Assembly (NCBI GenBank): GCA_963845755.1
Contig: CAWJTV010000031.1
Coordinates: 192,001-256,000 of the forward strand
Length of the DNA stretch: 64,000 bases
From: an uncultured Planctomycetota bacterium
Lineage (GTDB): Bacteria > Planctomycetota > Planctomycetia > Isosphaerales > Isosphaeraceae
Direction: 5' to 3'
The notes under the pieces are model-generated. The model was not told where the DNA came from and did not search any database. It was given only the letters and a program-made list of their open reading frames with translations. This document shows, piece after piece, positions 52,952 through 63,903 of this stretch (its first letter is position 1; each line of letters starts with the position of its first letter). Both the position numbers and the translations under genes were made by a program.

Positions 52952-55436
52952 GTGACCGATTGGATCCTCCGAAGATTGGCCGATCGACTGGGGGTTGCAC
53001 CGGCTCGTGCCGGCGAGTCAACCAGCCCGCACATCCGCTTCGAGCAACTGTGGCCCCAGTGGCTGCTGGTGCTCACCGTGCTGGGCAGTGCGGTCTTCAT
53101 CGTGTGGCTGTATCGCCGCGAGGGGCGGGCCTCGGCGGCATCCAAGGTCGTGCTGGCCGGACTCCGGATCATCCTGGTGCTGCTGGCAGTATTCATGCTG
53201 TCCGAGGCGGTCCTCTCGGTCCAGCGCACCGGGTTGCCGTACCTGACCATCCTGGTGGACGACTCGGCGAGCGAGCAGATCGCCGACCAATACGAGAAGC
53301 CGGAAGTCCGGAAGGCGCTCGACGCCCTGGCCCGGGCCGCCGAGGCCAAGCCACCCGCAGCGGGCGCAGCGGCGAAATCGGCGAGTGGCGCGGACGCCGT
53401 GGCGGTCAACTCCGAGGGGAACGAGAGCCCGACGACTCGGCTGGCGATCGCCAAGGGACTGATCCTGAAGGACAACGCCGGTCTGATCCGGAAACTGCAG
53501 CAACAGTACAAGGTCCGCCTCTACCGCGTTTCGAACTCGGCACGACTCCTCGCGGACGTGGACCGGACCGACGCCGTCGGTCCGGCCGTCAAGGAGGTCC
53601 GCTCGATGGAGGCCAGCGGGACCCAGACGCGGCTCGGCGACGGCGTGCGCCAGGTCCTCACCGAGCTGCGAGGCGCCCCGCCTTCAGCGATCGTGTTGCT
53701 CTCCGACGGGCAGACGACGGAAGGAGAGCCCCTCTCCAAGGTCGCCGACCTCGCGGCTCGCAAGGGCGTGCCCCTGTACACGATCGGGCTGGGCAGTTCC
53801 GAGCCGGCGCGCGACCTCGAGCTCACCGAGCTACTGGTCGACGACGTGGTCTTCGTCGACGACGCCGTTCGATTTCAGGTCAAGCTTTCGGCACGCGGTT
53901 TCGAGAACCAGAAGGTCGTGGTCCAGCTCAAGGAACGGCAACCCAACTCGGACGACCCCAAATCCGACCGCGTCCTGGAGTCCAAGCAGGTCGACGTACC
54001 GCGTGACGGCCGTCCGGAGCGTATCGAGCTGGTCTACCGGCCGACGACCACGGGCGAGCGGACGTTCATCATCGAGGTCGAACGGCAGCCTCGCGAACTC
54101 CAGACCGAGAACAACCGCATCGAGCGGGTCATCACCGTCCGCAAGGAGAAACTCAAGGTCCTCTACGTCAACAACGATCCGCGCTACGAATTCCGCTATC
54201 TCAAGAATTACCTCGAACGCGAGGAGACGATCGAGTTGAACGTAGTCCTGCTCTCCTCCGACCCGGAGTATAGCGAACAAGACCGCGCCGCCTTGCCGAC
54301 GTTCCCGGCCTCCAAGGATGAGCTGTTCTCGTACGATGTCGTGCTCATGGGCGACGCCGACACCACGTTCCTCAGCCAGTCGCATATGCAGAACCTCGTC
54401 CAGTTCGTCACGGAGAAGGGGGGCGGCGTCCTGTTCATTGCCGGCGACCTGTTCGACCCGCTCAGCTATCGCGGCACGCCGCTCGAGTTGCTGCTGCCGA
54501 TCGAGCTGGCCGACGCGCGCAATCCCACAGCCGTAGGCACGAGTCTGAAATCGTACCGCCCCGAGCTAACACTCGAAGGACGGTCGAACCCTATCTTTCG
54601 ACTGGGCGAGAATGACGTCGCGAGCATGCAGATCTGGAAGGATCTCCCCGAACTCTACTGGTACTTCGAAGCCCCGCGGAAGAAGCCCGCCGCGGTCGTA
54701 CTGGCCGAGCACGAGACGGCGACCGGCGGCGAAGGCAAGCTCCCGCTGATCGTTTACCAGTTCCTCGGTGCCGGCAAGGTCATGTTCCATGCGTTCGACG
54801 ACACCTGGCGATGGCGATTCCGGGCCGGCGACCGGTACTTCGGCCGGTTCTGGCTGCAAACCATCCGGTTCATGGCCCGCTCGCGACTCGTTGGCCAGCG
54901 GCAAGCGGAGATCCAGACCGACCGCAGGCGTTACCAGCGCGGCCAACCGATCCAGTTCCGGGTCCGGTTCCCCAACCCCGGCCTGGCCCCGGCCGGCAGC
55001 GACGTGACGGTGCAGTTCCAGCGCAAAGGGCAGGGCCCGCGCAAGCTGACGCTCAAGCTCGTGCCCGGCACCAGGAACGTATTCGAAGGAGCGCCTCCCT
55101 CAGGCCGCCGAGGGCGAGTACGAGGTCCGGCTCCTTCCTCCGCCCTCGCTCGACCGGCCCATCACCGCCGAGTTTCGAGTCGAGGCACCGCTGAGCGAGC
55201 GCGAGCGGATCGAGATGAATGAGCCCGAGCTGATCAAGGTGGCCGCAGCCACCGGAGGCAAGTTCTATTCGCCGCTCGTGGCGGACGCATTGCTCAAAGA
55301 CTTGCCCAAACCCTCGCCCGTCCCGCTGGATACTGATCCCCCGATCCCGCTCTGGAATACCTGGCCCGTGCTGGCCCTGTTCCTCCTGGTGATCACGGCG
55401 GAATGGGTTATTCGCAAACGCAAGCAAATGGTATAA
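52952..55436 (+). CDS. Membrane vWA + class-I glutamine-amidotransferase-like domain protein; frameshift near 55095
   Basis: Two N-terminal TMs, VDDSAS, LLSDG, PRYEFRYLKNYL, DDTWRWR, C-terminal EWVIRKRKQMV. Confidence 0.85.
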
Positions 55437-55482
55437 TGGTCGTTAGGTTCGGACCCGGAAAGCCGTTGAAGAGGAGGTCGCG

Positions 55483-58400
55483 ATGACCGCTCGTCAGTTG
55501 GAATCCCGGATCGGCGCGCTTCGCGCCTCCGTCCGGCGGCTACTGGCCCTGCACGGACTGAGCTGGGTGCTCGGCCTGTCCCTGCCACTGTTGATTGCGG
55601 CCGGCTTTGCCGATTGGCTCTTCCATCTGGATTCGGTGATCCGGGCGGTACTGCTAGTGGTCGTGATCGGCACGACGCTGGTCCTCCTCTATCGTCGCGT
55701 GCTTCGCCCCTTGTTCGTCCGGTTCGCCGACCTGGACATCGCGATGCGAATCGAGGAGCGCTGGCCGGGACTCAACGACCGGTTGGCCAGTACGATCCAG
55801 TTCCTCCACCTCGACGCAAGTGACGACCGGTATGGATCCGCGGCGCTTCGAGAAGCGACCGTCCGTCAGGCCATCGAGGAAACGAGCGGGATCGATTTCC
55901 GCGAGGTCCTCGAACCGAGGCCGGTCGTCCGGGCCGTGGGCCTGGCCGCCGCAGCGCTGGCCCTCGGGGCACTGGTGATGATCGCCGCCCCCGAGTCATC
56001 GCGACTCGCCCTGCGCCGGTTGATGCTCCCGTTCGGGAGTCTGGAATGGCCGCAGCAGACCCACCTCGTCCTGGACGAGGCGAATACCAGGCTGAAGGTT
56101 GCGCGCGGCGACTACTTCACGCTCGCGGTCAAGGTGCGGGCGGGCGACAAGATCCCCGAGTCCGCGAACGCAACCTATCGTTTCTCCGATGGTGCGGAGA
56201 TGGTGGAACCCCTGCGGCCCGTAGAGGGCGGCGAGTTCCACGGCCGGATCGAATCGGTCAATCAAACCTTTCATTTCTCGGTCACCGGCGGGGACGACGC
56301 CACGTCGATTCGCGACATCCCCGTGCGGGTCGTCCCGCCTCCGAGCCTGAAGTCGTTGACCATCCGACTGGTGTCCCCACCCTACACCGGGGTTCCGGTC
56401 CAGATGCTGGCACCCGGCCTGACGCAGCTCCGGGCCCTCGAAGGAACGCAACTGGAACTCGAGGCCGAGGCCAGCAAGCCCCTGGAGCACGCACAGCTTC
56501 GCATCGGAGAAGACCCGGCCGGCGGCGCGCTGGCCTTCGACGCATCTCGCACGCGTTTCAAGGCGGCGCTCCCCATCAAGGGAAGCTTCACCTTCTGGTT
56601 CCGCCTGAAGGACACCGAGGGCTTTTTCAATCGGGACGAGGTTCGTTACGACGTTCGCGGTTTCAAGGACGAGGCGCCCCGGGTCGTGATCGAGGAGCCC
56701 AAGACCGACCGCGACGTCCCCGCGGATGCGACCATCCCCGTCCGGATCGTCCTGGATGACGATTTCGGACTGCACTCGGCCCGGCTGATCTACCGGATCG
56801 CGACCGGCGAGTCCGAGCCGCACGACGAGGCCGTCATCCCCCTCTGGACGGCCAAGGACCAGTCGCCCACTCCAGTTGCCTCCACCGTCGTCAAGCACCA
56901 GGAGCTCGCCCATAACTGGCAGCTCGCGCCGCTGAAACTCCCCGTCGGGACCATCGTCACCTTCTACGCCGACGCGCGCGACCTCGACACGATCAAGGGC
57001 CCCAATCTTGGCAAGAGCCGGGAGCTCCGACTCCGGATCGTCTCGAATGACGACGCGGCGCGCCAGTTCGATGACGCGCGACGCGACTTCCGCGAGGAGG
57101 TCGCCCGCGTGCTCACGATGCAGAAGCAAGCCATTGCCCCGGTCGAGAATGCCGACCGCACCCTCTCGCAGACCGACCAGCTTCCCCAGACCCAGCGCGA
57201 TGACCTCAACAACGCCTCGATGATCCAGCGCCAGGTCGGCACCCGCTTCACCAATCGCGACGAGGGGCTCGCCGCACGGATCCGCCGCATGCTCGAAGAC
57301 CTCCGAAACTTCAAGATCGCCAACCCCGAAGCTCAGAAGCAGATGCAGGACATGCTCGCTCGTGTGGAAACGGTCCGCGAGCGAAACCTCGGTCCCGCAG
57401 AGCAGGGCCTCACGCGCGCCACGAAGAGCCTGGAGAATCGTCCGGAGTCGGGTAAGCGCCAGCCTCAAACTCCCGCCGGCGAGGCCGCCGAGGCCAAGAA
57501 CGAGCCATCGAGTTCCCCGTCCTCAACTGAGACCAATCCAGACCGATCGCGATCCAAGAGCCAGAGTCGGATCCCCATCCAAGTCTCAGGACGGATCGCA
57601 ATCCAAGAACCAGAGTGGATCCCCATCCAAGTCTCAGGACGGGGCTCAAACCCCCGAATCGGCTTCGAAGAGCGGCAAGCCTTCGGAGAGCTCGAAGCCG
57701 AACAGCCAGGGAGACACCGATCGAAAACCCGATGAGGATCCGGCCCGTGCCGCCCTCGCCGAGGCGAAGACCAACCAGAAGGAGATCGCCGACCAGCTCC
57801 AGAAGATGCTAGAAAGCCTCAGCGAATTCGAGACCTATCGCGGCGTCGTGAAGGATGCGCAGGAACTGCTCAAGCAGCAAGAGCAGACCATGAAGCAGAC
57901 GGCCGAGGCGGCGTCGCGGCCGGAGATGGTCGGTAAGCCGGCCGACGAGTTGACCGCGGAACAGAAGACGGATCTGTCGAATCTGGCTGCGCGTCAGTCC
58001 GAAGTGGCGCTCGGGTTTGCAAAAACTTCAGGAGCGGATGGGCGAGATGGCCAAACGGCTCGAAGAGTCCGACCCGTTGGCGGCATCCGCCATGCGCGAG
58101 GCGACAGAGAAGAGCCAGAAACAGGAGACTGTGGGCAAGCTCGGTGAGGCGGCCGAGCAACTGGAGCGGAACCAGATGGCCACCGCTCGATCTCGCCAGG
58201 AACGAGCACGCGACGAGATCCGCGACCTGGTCGATGCGATTCAGAACCGTCGCGAACGCGAGCTCGCCCGGCTGGTCAAGGAGCTCAAGAACGCCGAGAA
58301 CGAGCTGGCCAAAACTCGCGCGCGACAGGCGCAGAACCTCAAGAACACCCGCGAGGCCCGCCGCAATCCCAATGCCCAGGAGCGCCGCGAACAGTTGAAG

Positions 58401-59309
58401 CGACTGGCCAAGGAGCAGGCCGAGATTCAGCGCGACCTCGAACGGCAGCTCCAACGGCTCGCCAAATTGAGCGCCGACGCCGCTTCGCGCGCGGCCAGTC
58501 GGCCTCGGGCCGGATGAGCCGTGCCCAACAGAACCTCGATCAGGATCAGGGTGACGAGGCCGGAAAAGAGCAGGAAGACGCCCTCGCCGACCTGGAAGAC
58601 GCCCAGGACGAACTCGAAGAAACTGCGCCGCCAGGCCGAGGAGCAGCTCGCGGTCGAACAGCTCGCGCGCATCGGGGATGAGCTCAAGTCGATCGCCGAA
58701 CGCCAGGTCAAGGTGGTCGAAGAAACCAAGTCTTACGAGCAACGGAGGGTTGAGAGTAACGGCAAACTCTCCCTGGCCCAGCAACGCGGCGTCCGCGGAT
58801 TGGGACAGGTCCAATCCGGCCTGAAGGACGAAACGGGCGAGCTGGCCGAGAAGCTCGATGGCGCACCCGTCGTCGCGCTGACCCTCCGCCGCGCCTCGAG
58901 CAGCATGGAGACCGCGGCTCAGCGGCTTGGAGAGATCAAGACCGACAAGCCAACCGAGCAGGCCGCTCAATCCGCCGCCGAGCGGTTCAAGCAGCTCATC
59001 GATTCGCTCCGAGCCGATCGCGGCGGCAACCAGGGACAGGGCGGCCAGCAAGGCGGGGGCGGGGGAGGCGGAGGCGCCGGTGACGGCAACGACGACGGGA
59101 TTCCGCCGACCGCTCAACTTAAGCTGCTCAAGACCCTCCAGCAGGAAATCAACGATCGAACCGATGACCTGGACGAGCAACGCCGGCGCAAGGGTACTCT
59201 CACGCCCGAGCAGGCCGCCGAGCTGAAACGGCTGGCCGAGGACCAGGGCGTCCTGGCAGACCTCGTGCGTGACATGACTCGTCCCAGACACGACGACGGG
59301 GAGGATTGA
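55483..59309 (+). CDS. Large membrane-anchored Ig-like + coiled-coil protein (DUF4175-like); frameshifts near 57568, 58015, 58500 and 58620
   Basis: TM segments, IEERWPGLNDRLAS, DDDFGL, and a Q/E-rich coiled coil across ORFs 55483..57735, 57362..58147, 58017..58517 and 58521..59309. Confidence 0.8.
57552..57642 (+). repeat. Intragenic 48-bp tandem duplication
   Basis: atccaagagccagagt(c)ggatccccatccaagtctcaggacgg recurs at 57601 as atccaagaaccagagtggatccccatccaagtctcaggacgg. Confidence 0.85.
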
Positions 59310-59312
59310 ACC

Positions 59313-60364
59313 ATGAACGCCAGGTACGCAATCGGGCTCCTGTCGCTAGCGATCGGCCTGATCGCCTCGGCGGGAGCCGACCTCCGAGCACAGGCGCCGG
59401 CCCAACCCAAGGACGAGGCGCTCGACTCCCTGCTCGAGAAGCTCTCGAATCCCTCCGATGCACCGGGCGTCAAGGCGGAGAAATCCGCCAGGTCCGGGTC
59501 CTCCAAATCGGACAGCAAGGAAAGGTCGAAGGACGAGACGGCCAAGAAACAGGAGACGGCCAAGAGGTCGGACGCCAAGGCCAAATCCAGTGGGCAATCT
59601 GGCGGTGCGTCCGGGCCTGTGCGGGTGCCGGACCTTCGGGCAAGCCGGCCGCGCGCAAGCCCGACGGCTCGTCCACAGTCAGCGGGAAGGACAAGGACCT
59701 CGACGATCTGCTCGAGAAACTGGGTGAGAGCAAGGATACACCCTCCCCGAACGGGCGGCCCCAGGGCGGCCCTGGAGGCGAGGAGGACCGGCCGGGTCAG
59801 CCCCCCCCTCGTCCCGGTCAGGCGGAACGAAATCAGCCCGCCGGTAAGGACAAGGACCTCGATCGGCATCTGGAGGAATTGACCGGCCGTCGGCGAAAGC
59901 GAAATGCCGACGACGGCCAGCGTACGGGCAAGGTCGGCGAGATCATCAAGGAGATGAGGGACGTCGAGCAGAAGCTCGGCAAGCCCGATACGGGCGAGGG
60001 CACGCGCGAAGAGCAGAAACAGATCGTCAAGAATATCGACACCCTGATCGAGGAAGTCAAGCGGTCGGGAAGTACGATGAGAGGGCTCGTGTTCCGTCGC
60101 GTCCCACGGCCCGGGCGTCAACCAGGCCAGCAGCCCGGCCAGACCGACGGGGCGACGGCCCGCGGCGCCCCGCCCTCCAAGCCGATGCAGCCGACCGGCA
60201 AGCACGCGAATGTCGGCGGTAAGGATATCTGGGGACATCTCCCCGCGGAGCTGCGACAGGAGATCGAGAATCAGACCCACGAAGAGCCCTTGAGCGCGAA
60301 GGTGGAGCTGATCGATCGTTACTATCTGTCGGTCGGTAAGGGCAAGCTCGTTCGAGAGGAGTGA
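59313..60364 (+). CDS. Exported low-complexity hypothetical protein; frameshift near 59620
   Basis: Signal peptide MNARYAIGLLSLAIGLIASAGA; repeated D(E/K)xLDxLLEKL; C-terminal WGHLPAELRQEI..LIDRYY. Confidence 0.7.
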
Positions 60365-60368
60365 GGAC

Positions 60369-61484
60369 ATGCTCGACCATCGGAACAGGCGGCTCCTGGT
60401 CCTGGGACTCCTCGCCGGATCCCTAACGCTGGCGATCGGACCGGTTCGTCCCGTCCGGGCACAAGACGTTGCCAAGGACAAAGAACCCGACAAGTCCGTC
60501 GGACGGTTCGGCGAGGCCCGCCGGGGAGACATCCCCGACGGGACGCTCGAGATGATGACCCCCGACACCGACCGCGCCATCCAGGCCGGTCTCGCCTGGC
60601 TCGCCCGAAACCAGAATTCCGACGGCTCCTTCGGCAGCGGCACCTATCGCGGCAACATCGCCGTCACCAGCGTCGCCGCCCTGGCCTTCATGTCCTCCGG
60701 CTCCAGCCCCGGACGCGGGCCCTACGGCGCCCCCATCGACAAGGCCCTCGAGTACGTCATGGACAACACCTCCCCCTCGGGATTCATCTCCGTCCAGGGC
60801 TCCTCGACCCACGGGCCCATGTACTCCCACGGCTTCGGAACCCTCTTCCTCGCCGAGGCCTATGGCATGACCCATCGCCCCGAGATCCGCGAGAAGCTCC
60901 GCAAGGCCGTCCAACTGATCGTCGACACCCAGAATCGCGAGGGCGGCTGGCGGTATCAGCCCGTCAAGAACGACGCCGACCTCTCGGTGACCATTTGCCA
61001 GATCAACGCACTACGCGCCGCGCGCAATGCCGGTCTCTACGTGCCCAAGGACACTGTGGACGCGTGCATCCGGTACGTGAAGCAATCGCAGAACTCGGAC
61101 GGGGGCTTTCGCTACATGCTCAGCGGGGGGGCCAGTGCGTTTCCGCGCTCGGCCGCGGGTGTGGTGGCCTTGCAGAGCGCCGGGGAATACGATTCGAAAG
61201 AGATCCGCGACGGCATCGCCTACCTCCGGCAGTACACCCGTGAAATCAAGCTCGGGAGCCGGTACAGTCATTACTTCTACGGTCATTACTATGCGGCGCA
61301 GGCCATGTGGATTCGGGGCGGCGACGAATGGGCGGAGTGGTACCCGGCCATCCGAACCGAGTTGCTCCGGCGCAAGTCCACGAACGGCTTCTGGAGCGAC
61401 AGCATCTGCAACGAATACGGGACGGCGATGGCCTTGATCATCCTCCAGATCCCGAATAATTACCTTCCGATCTTTCAACGTTGA
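60369..61484 (+). CDS. Exported prenyltransferase/squalene-oxidase-repeat (alpha/alpha barrel) protein, copy 1
   Basis: Signal peptide; QW-like motifs LARNQNSDGSF, TQNREGGWRY, SQNSDGGFRY; C-terminal YLPIFQR. Confidence 0.88.
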   Translation: MLDHRNRRLLVLGLLAGSLTLAIGPVRPVRAQDVAKDKEPDKSVGRFGEARRGDIPDGTLEMMTPDTDRAIQAGLAWLARNQNSDGSFGSGTYRGNIAVTSVAALAFMSSGSSPGRGPYGAPIDKALEYVMDNTSPSGFISVQGSSTHGPMYSHGFGTLFLAEAYGMTHRPEIREKLRKAVQLIVDTQNREGGWRYQPVKNDADLSVTICQINALRAARNAGLYVPKDTVDACIRYVKQSQNSDGGFRYMLSGGASAFPRSAAGVVALQSAGEYDSKEIRDGIAYLRQYTREIKLGSRYSHYFYGHYYAAQAMWIRGGDEWAEWYPAIRTELLRRKSTNGFWSDSICNEYGTAMALIILQIPNNYLPIFQR

Positions 61485-62192
61485 GCGAATCCCATACTGG
61501 AGGAGGGAGACGATGGGCGTTGATCGTCCCGTGCGCCGACGTCCTGGAGAGGCAGCGGCCTGGTTGATGGTCGCTGTGGTGATCTCCGCGGGCCTCCCGG
61601 ACGCGAAAGCTCAAGGACCGGGGCGTCCCAAGGCACCGTCCGGCTTCGCCGAGGCCCGCCGGGGAGACATCCCCGACGGGACGCTCGAGATGATGACCCC
61701 CGACACCGACCGCGCCATCCAGGCCGGTCTCGCCTGGCTCGCCCGAAACCAGAATTCCGACGGCTCCTTCGGCAGCGGCACCTATCGCGGCAACATCGCC
61801 GTCACCAGCGTCGCCGCCCTGGCCTTCATGTCCTCCGGCTCCAGCCCCGGACGCGGGCCCTACGGCGCCCCCATCGACAAGGCCCTCGAGTACGTCATGG
61901 ACAACACCTCCCCCTCGGGATTCATCTCCGTCCAGGGCTCCTCGACCCACGGGCCCATGTACTCCCACGGCTTCGGAACCCTCTTCCTCGCCGAGGCCTA
62001 TGGCATGACCCATCGCCCCGAGATCCGCGAGAAGCTCCGCAAGGCCGTCCAACTGATCGTCGACACCCAGAATCGCGAGGGCGGCTGGCGGTATCAGCCC
62101 GTCAAGAACGACGCCGACCTCTCGGTGACCATTTGCCAGATCAACGCACTACGCGCCGCGCGCAATGCCGGTCTCTACGTGCCCAAGGACAC
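60512..62192 (+). repeat. Direct repeat: 60512-61054 matches 61650-62192 (~543 bp, offset 1138)
   Basis: I saw no differences by eye until 61055/62193. Antisense shadow ORFs 60423..60914 and 61438..62052 have identical translations across the block. Confidence 0.9.
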
Positions 62193-62625
62193 CGTGGACG
62201 CGTGCATCCGGTACGTGAAGCAATCCCAGAACCCGGATGGGGGCTTCCGCTACATGCTCACGGGCGGCCCGAGCAGCGAGTTCCCGCGATCGGCGGCAGG
62301 CGTGGTGGCCTTGCAGAGCGCCGGGGAAGACGATTCGAAGGAGATCCGCGACGGTATCAACTACCTCCGGCAGTTCAACCAGGGGCTCCGCCTCAACCGG
62401 CGGAACAACCATTATTACTACGGCCAGTACTACGCCGCCCAGGCCATGTGGATCCACGGTGGGGAAGCGTGGGCAGAGTGGTACCCAACCGTCCGCGACG
62501 AACTGCTCAAGCGCAAGTCGGTCACGGGGTACTGGCCCGACATGGTCTGCAACGAATACGGAACGGCCATGGCGCTGATCATCCTCCAGATCCCGAATGA
62601 CTTCCTGCCGATTTTTCAGCGCTAA
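61513..62625 (+). CDS. Exported prenyltransferase/squalene-oxidase-repeat protein, copy 2
   Basis: Same motifs as copy 1 with a different signal peptide; GGAGG RBS. Confidence 0.88.
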   Translation: MGVDRPVRRRPGEAAAWLMVAVVISAGLPDAKAQGPGRPKAPSGFAEARRGDIPDGTLEMMTPDTDRAIQAGLAWLARNQNSDGSFGSGTYRGNIAVTSVAALAFMSSGSSPGRGPYGAPIDKALEYVMDNTSPSGFISVQGSSTHGPMYSHGFGTLFLAEAYGMTHRPEIREKLRKAVQLIVDTQNREGGWRYQPVKNDADLSVTICQINALRAARNAGLYVPKDTVDACIRYVKQSQNPDGGFRYMLTGGPSSEFPRSAAGVVALQSAGEDDSKEIRDGINYLRQFNQGLRLNRRNNHYYYGQYYAAQAMWIHGGEAWAEWYPTVRDELLKRKSVTGYWPDMVCNEYGTAMALIILQIPNDFLPIFQR

Positions 62626-62631
62626 GGGAGG

Positions 62632-63903
62632 GTGATGTTGGGGATCATCTCGTGTTTGCTCGATTCCTGTCGTCGCGGCTTCGTGAGCGTAGTGGTCGCC
62701 GGGGCGGTGTTCTTGTTCGGAACCGCGCCGGCATCGGCGGACTCCGAGAGGGCGCCGGTCTCCTCCGATCCCGTCTTCCAGGCCCTGATGATCGACGGCC
62801 GCGCGCCGTCGGGACGGATCGTTACATTCGAGCCGGACGCGATCACGGTCGCGAGCAAGGAGGGGACCAAGGAGCGCCTTCCGATCGACCGGCTGGTCAA
62901 GCTCGTGCGCGAGCCTGCGGCCACGGTACCGGCGTGGGAGGATTCCCAGGCCGTGCTCCTCCCCGAGGGCGACCGGCTCCTGCGTACCGCCATCGGCTCC
63001 ACGAACGAAAACAGCCTGGAGGTGCGGTCCGAATCGCTGGGCAAGCTGGAGGTCCCACTGGATTGCCTTCTGGGCTTGATCCTCTCCACCCAGGGCCAAT
63101 CCGGCGCATTTGATGCCCGCTGGGACCGGATCCTGGTCGAACCGCGCAAGAATGAGGTGATCTGGCTGCTCAACGGCGACCGGCTCCAGGGTAGCTTCCT
63201 CGATATGGACGACCGTAAGATCCGAGTCCAGATCGATCAGAAGCCGGTCGAGGTAGAGCGAATCGGGGTCGTCGCGCTGGCATTCGACCCGGCTCTCTTG
63301 AACTATCCGAGGCCGAAGGGTTATTTCCTGGAAATGCGGTTGAACGACGGCACGCGACTGGGGGTGACTTCCGCCAAGGTCGATGAGGGGACCGTCGAGG
63401 CCATGACCCGATTCGGGCGGCCCGTGCGTTTCGCCCTGGGCGAACTCGCACGCATCTCTCGCGCGGGCCTTCCGTGGTCTACCTCGCGGACCGAGCACCG
63501 GCGAAGACCGTCTATTCCCCGTACATCGGTCCGACGCGTCCCTACCGCACGGATCGCGCGGTCGAACGGCCGGCCGTTCCAGCTCGGAGGGCAAACTTAC
63601 GACCGCGGCATCGGGACTCAGAGCCGGACGTTGCTCGCTTATCGGATCGAGCCGGGCGACCGGCGGTTCCAGGCCCTCGTGGGAGTCGACGAACGCGCCG
63701 GACCGCTGGGGAACGTGGTGTTCCGCGTATTGATCGACGGGGTGGAACAATTCCGGTCGGCCCCGATGACCGATCGGGACGCGCCGAAACCGATTGACGT
63801 GGATCTCGCCAACGGCAAGATTCTGATTCTGGACACACAGTTCGGGCATCGCGGCGATGTTCGCGATCTCGCCGACTGGGTCGAGGCCCGGATCATTCGT
63901 TAA
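62632..63903 (+). CDS. Exported protein with a C-terminal NPCBM/NEW2 carbohydrate-binding domain; probable compensating frameshifts near 63465 and 63560
   Basis: LLNGDRLQG; alternative frame VYLADRAP..RPYRTDR; GQTYDRGIGTQSRT, FQALVGVDE, GNVVFRVLIDG, ADWVEARII. Confidence 0.85.
   Translation: MMLGIISCLLDSCRRGFVSVVVAGAVFLFGTAPASADSERAPVSSDPVFQALMIDGRAPSGRIVTFEPDAITVASKEGTKERLPIDRLVKLVREPAATVPAWEDSQAVLLPEGDRLLRTAIGSTNENSLEVRSESLGKLEVPLDCLLGLILSTQGQSGAFDARWDRILVEPRKNEVIWLLNGDRLQGSFLDMDDRKIRVQIDQKPVEVERIGVVALAFDPALLNYPRPKGYFLEMRLNDGTRLGVTSAKVDEGTVEAMTRFGRPVRFALGELARISRAGLPWSTSRTEHRRRPSIPRTSVRRVPTARIARSNGRPFQLGGQTYDRGIGTQSRTLLAYRIEPGDRRFQALVGVDERAGPLGNVVFRVLIDGVEQFRSAPMTDRDAPKPIDVDLANGKILILDTQFGHRGDVRDLADWVEARIIR

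Noticed and set aside
60512..62192. Diversity-generating retroelement TR/VR pair or CRISPR-type repeat
   Set aside because: No reverse transcriptase or cas gene, both copies lie in full ORFs, differences outside the tract are not adenine-specific, and there is no repeat-spacer periodicity.
60369..62625. Squalene-hopene cyclase call
   Set aside because: About half the expected length, signal peptides present, and no DxDD motif.
62149..63849. Long antisense ORFs (e.g. 62149..63849, 36972..39044, 46844..48544, 59114..60643)
   Set aside because: They lie opposite well-supported genes and have no motifs; expected shadows of high-GC codon bias.
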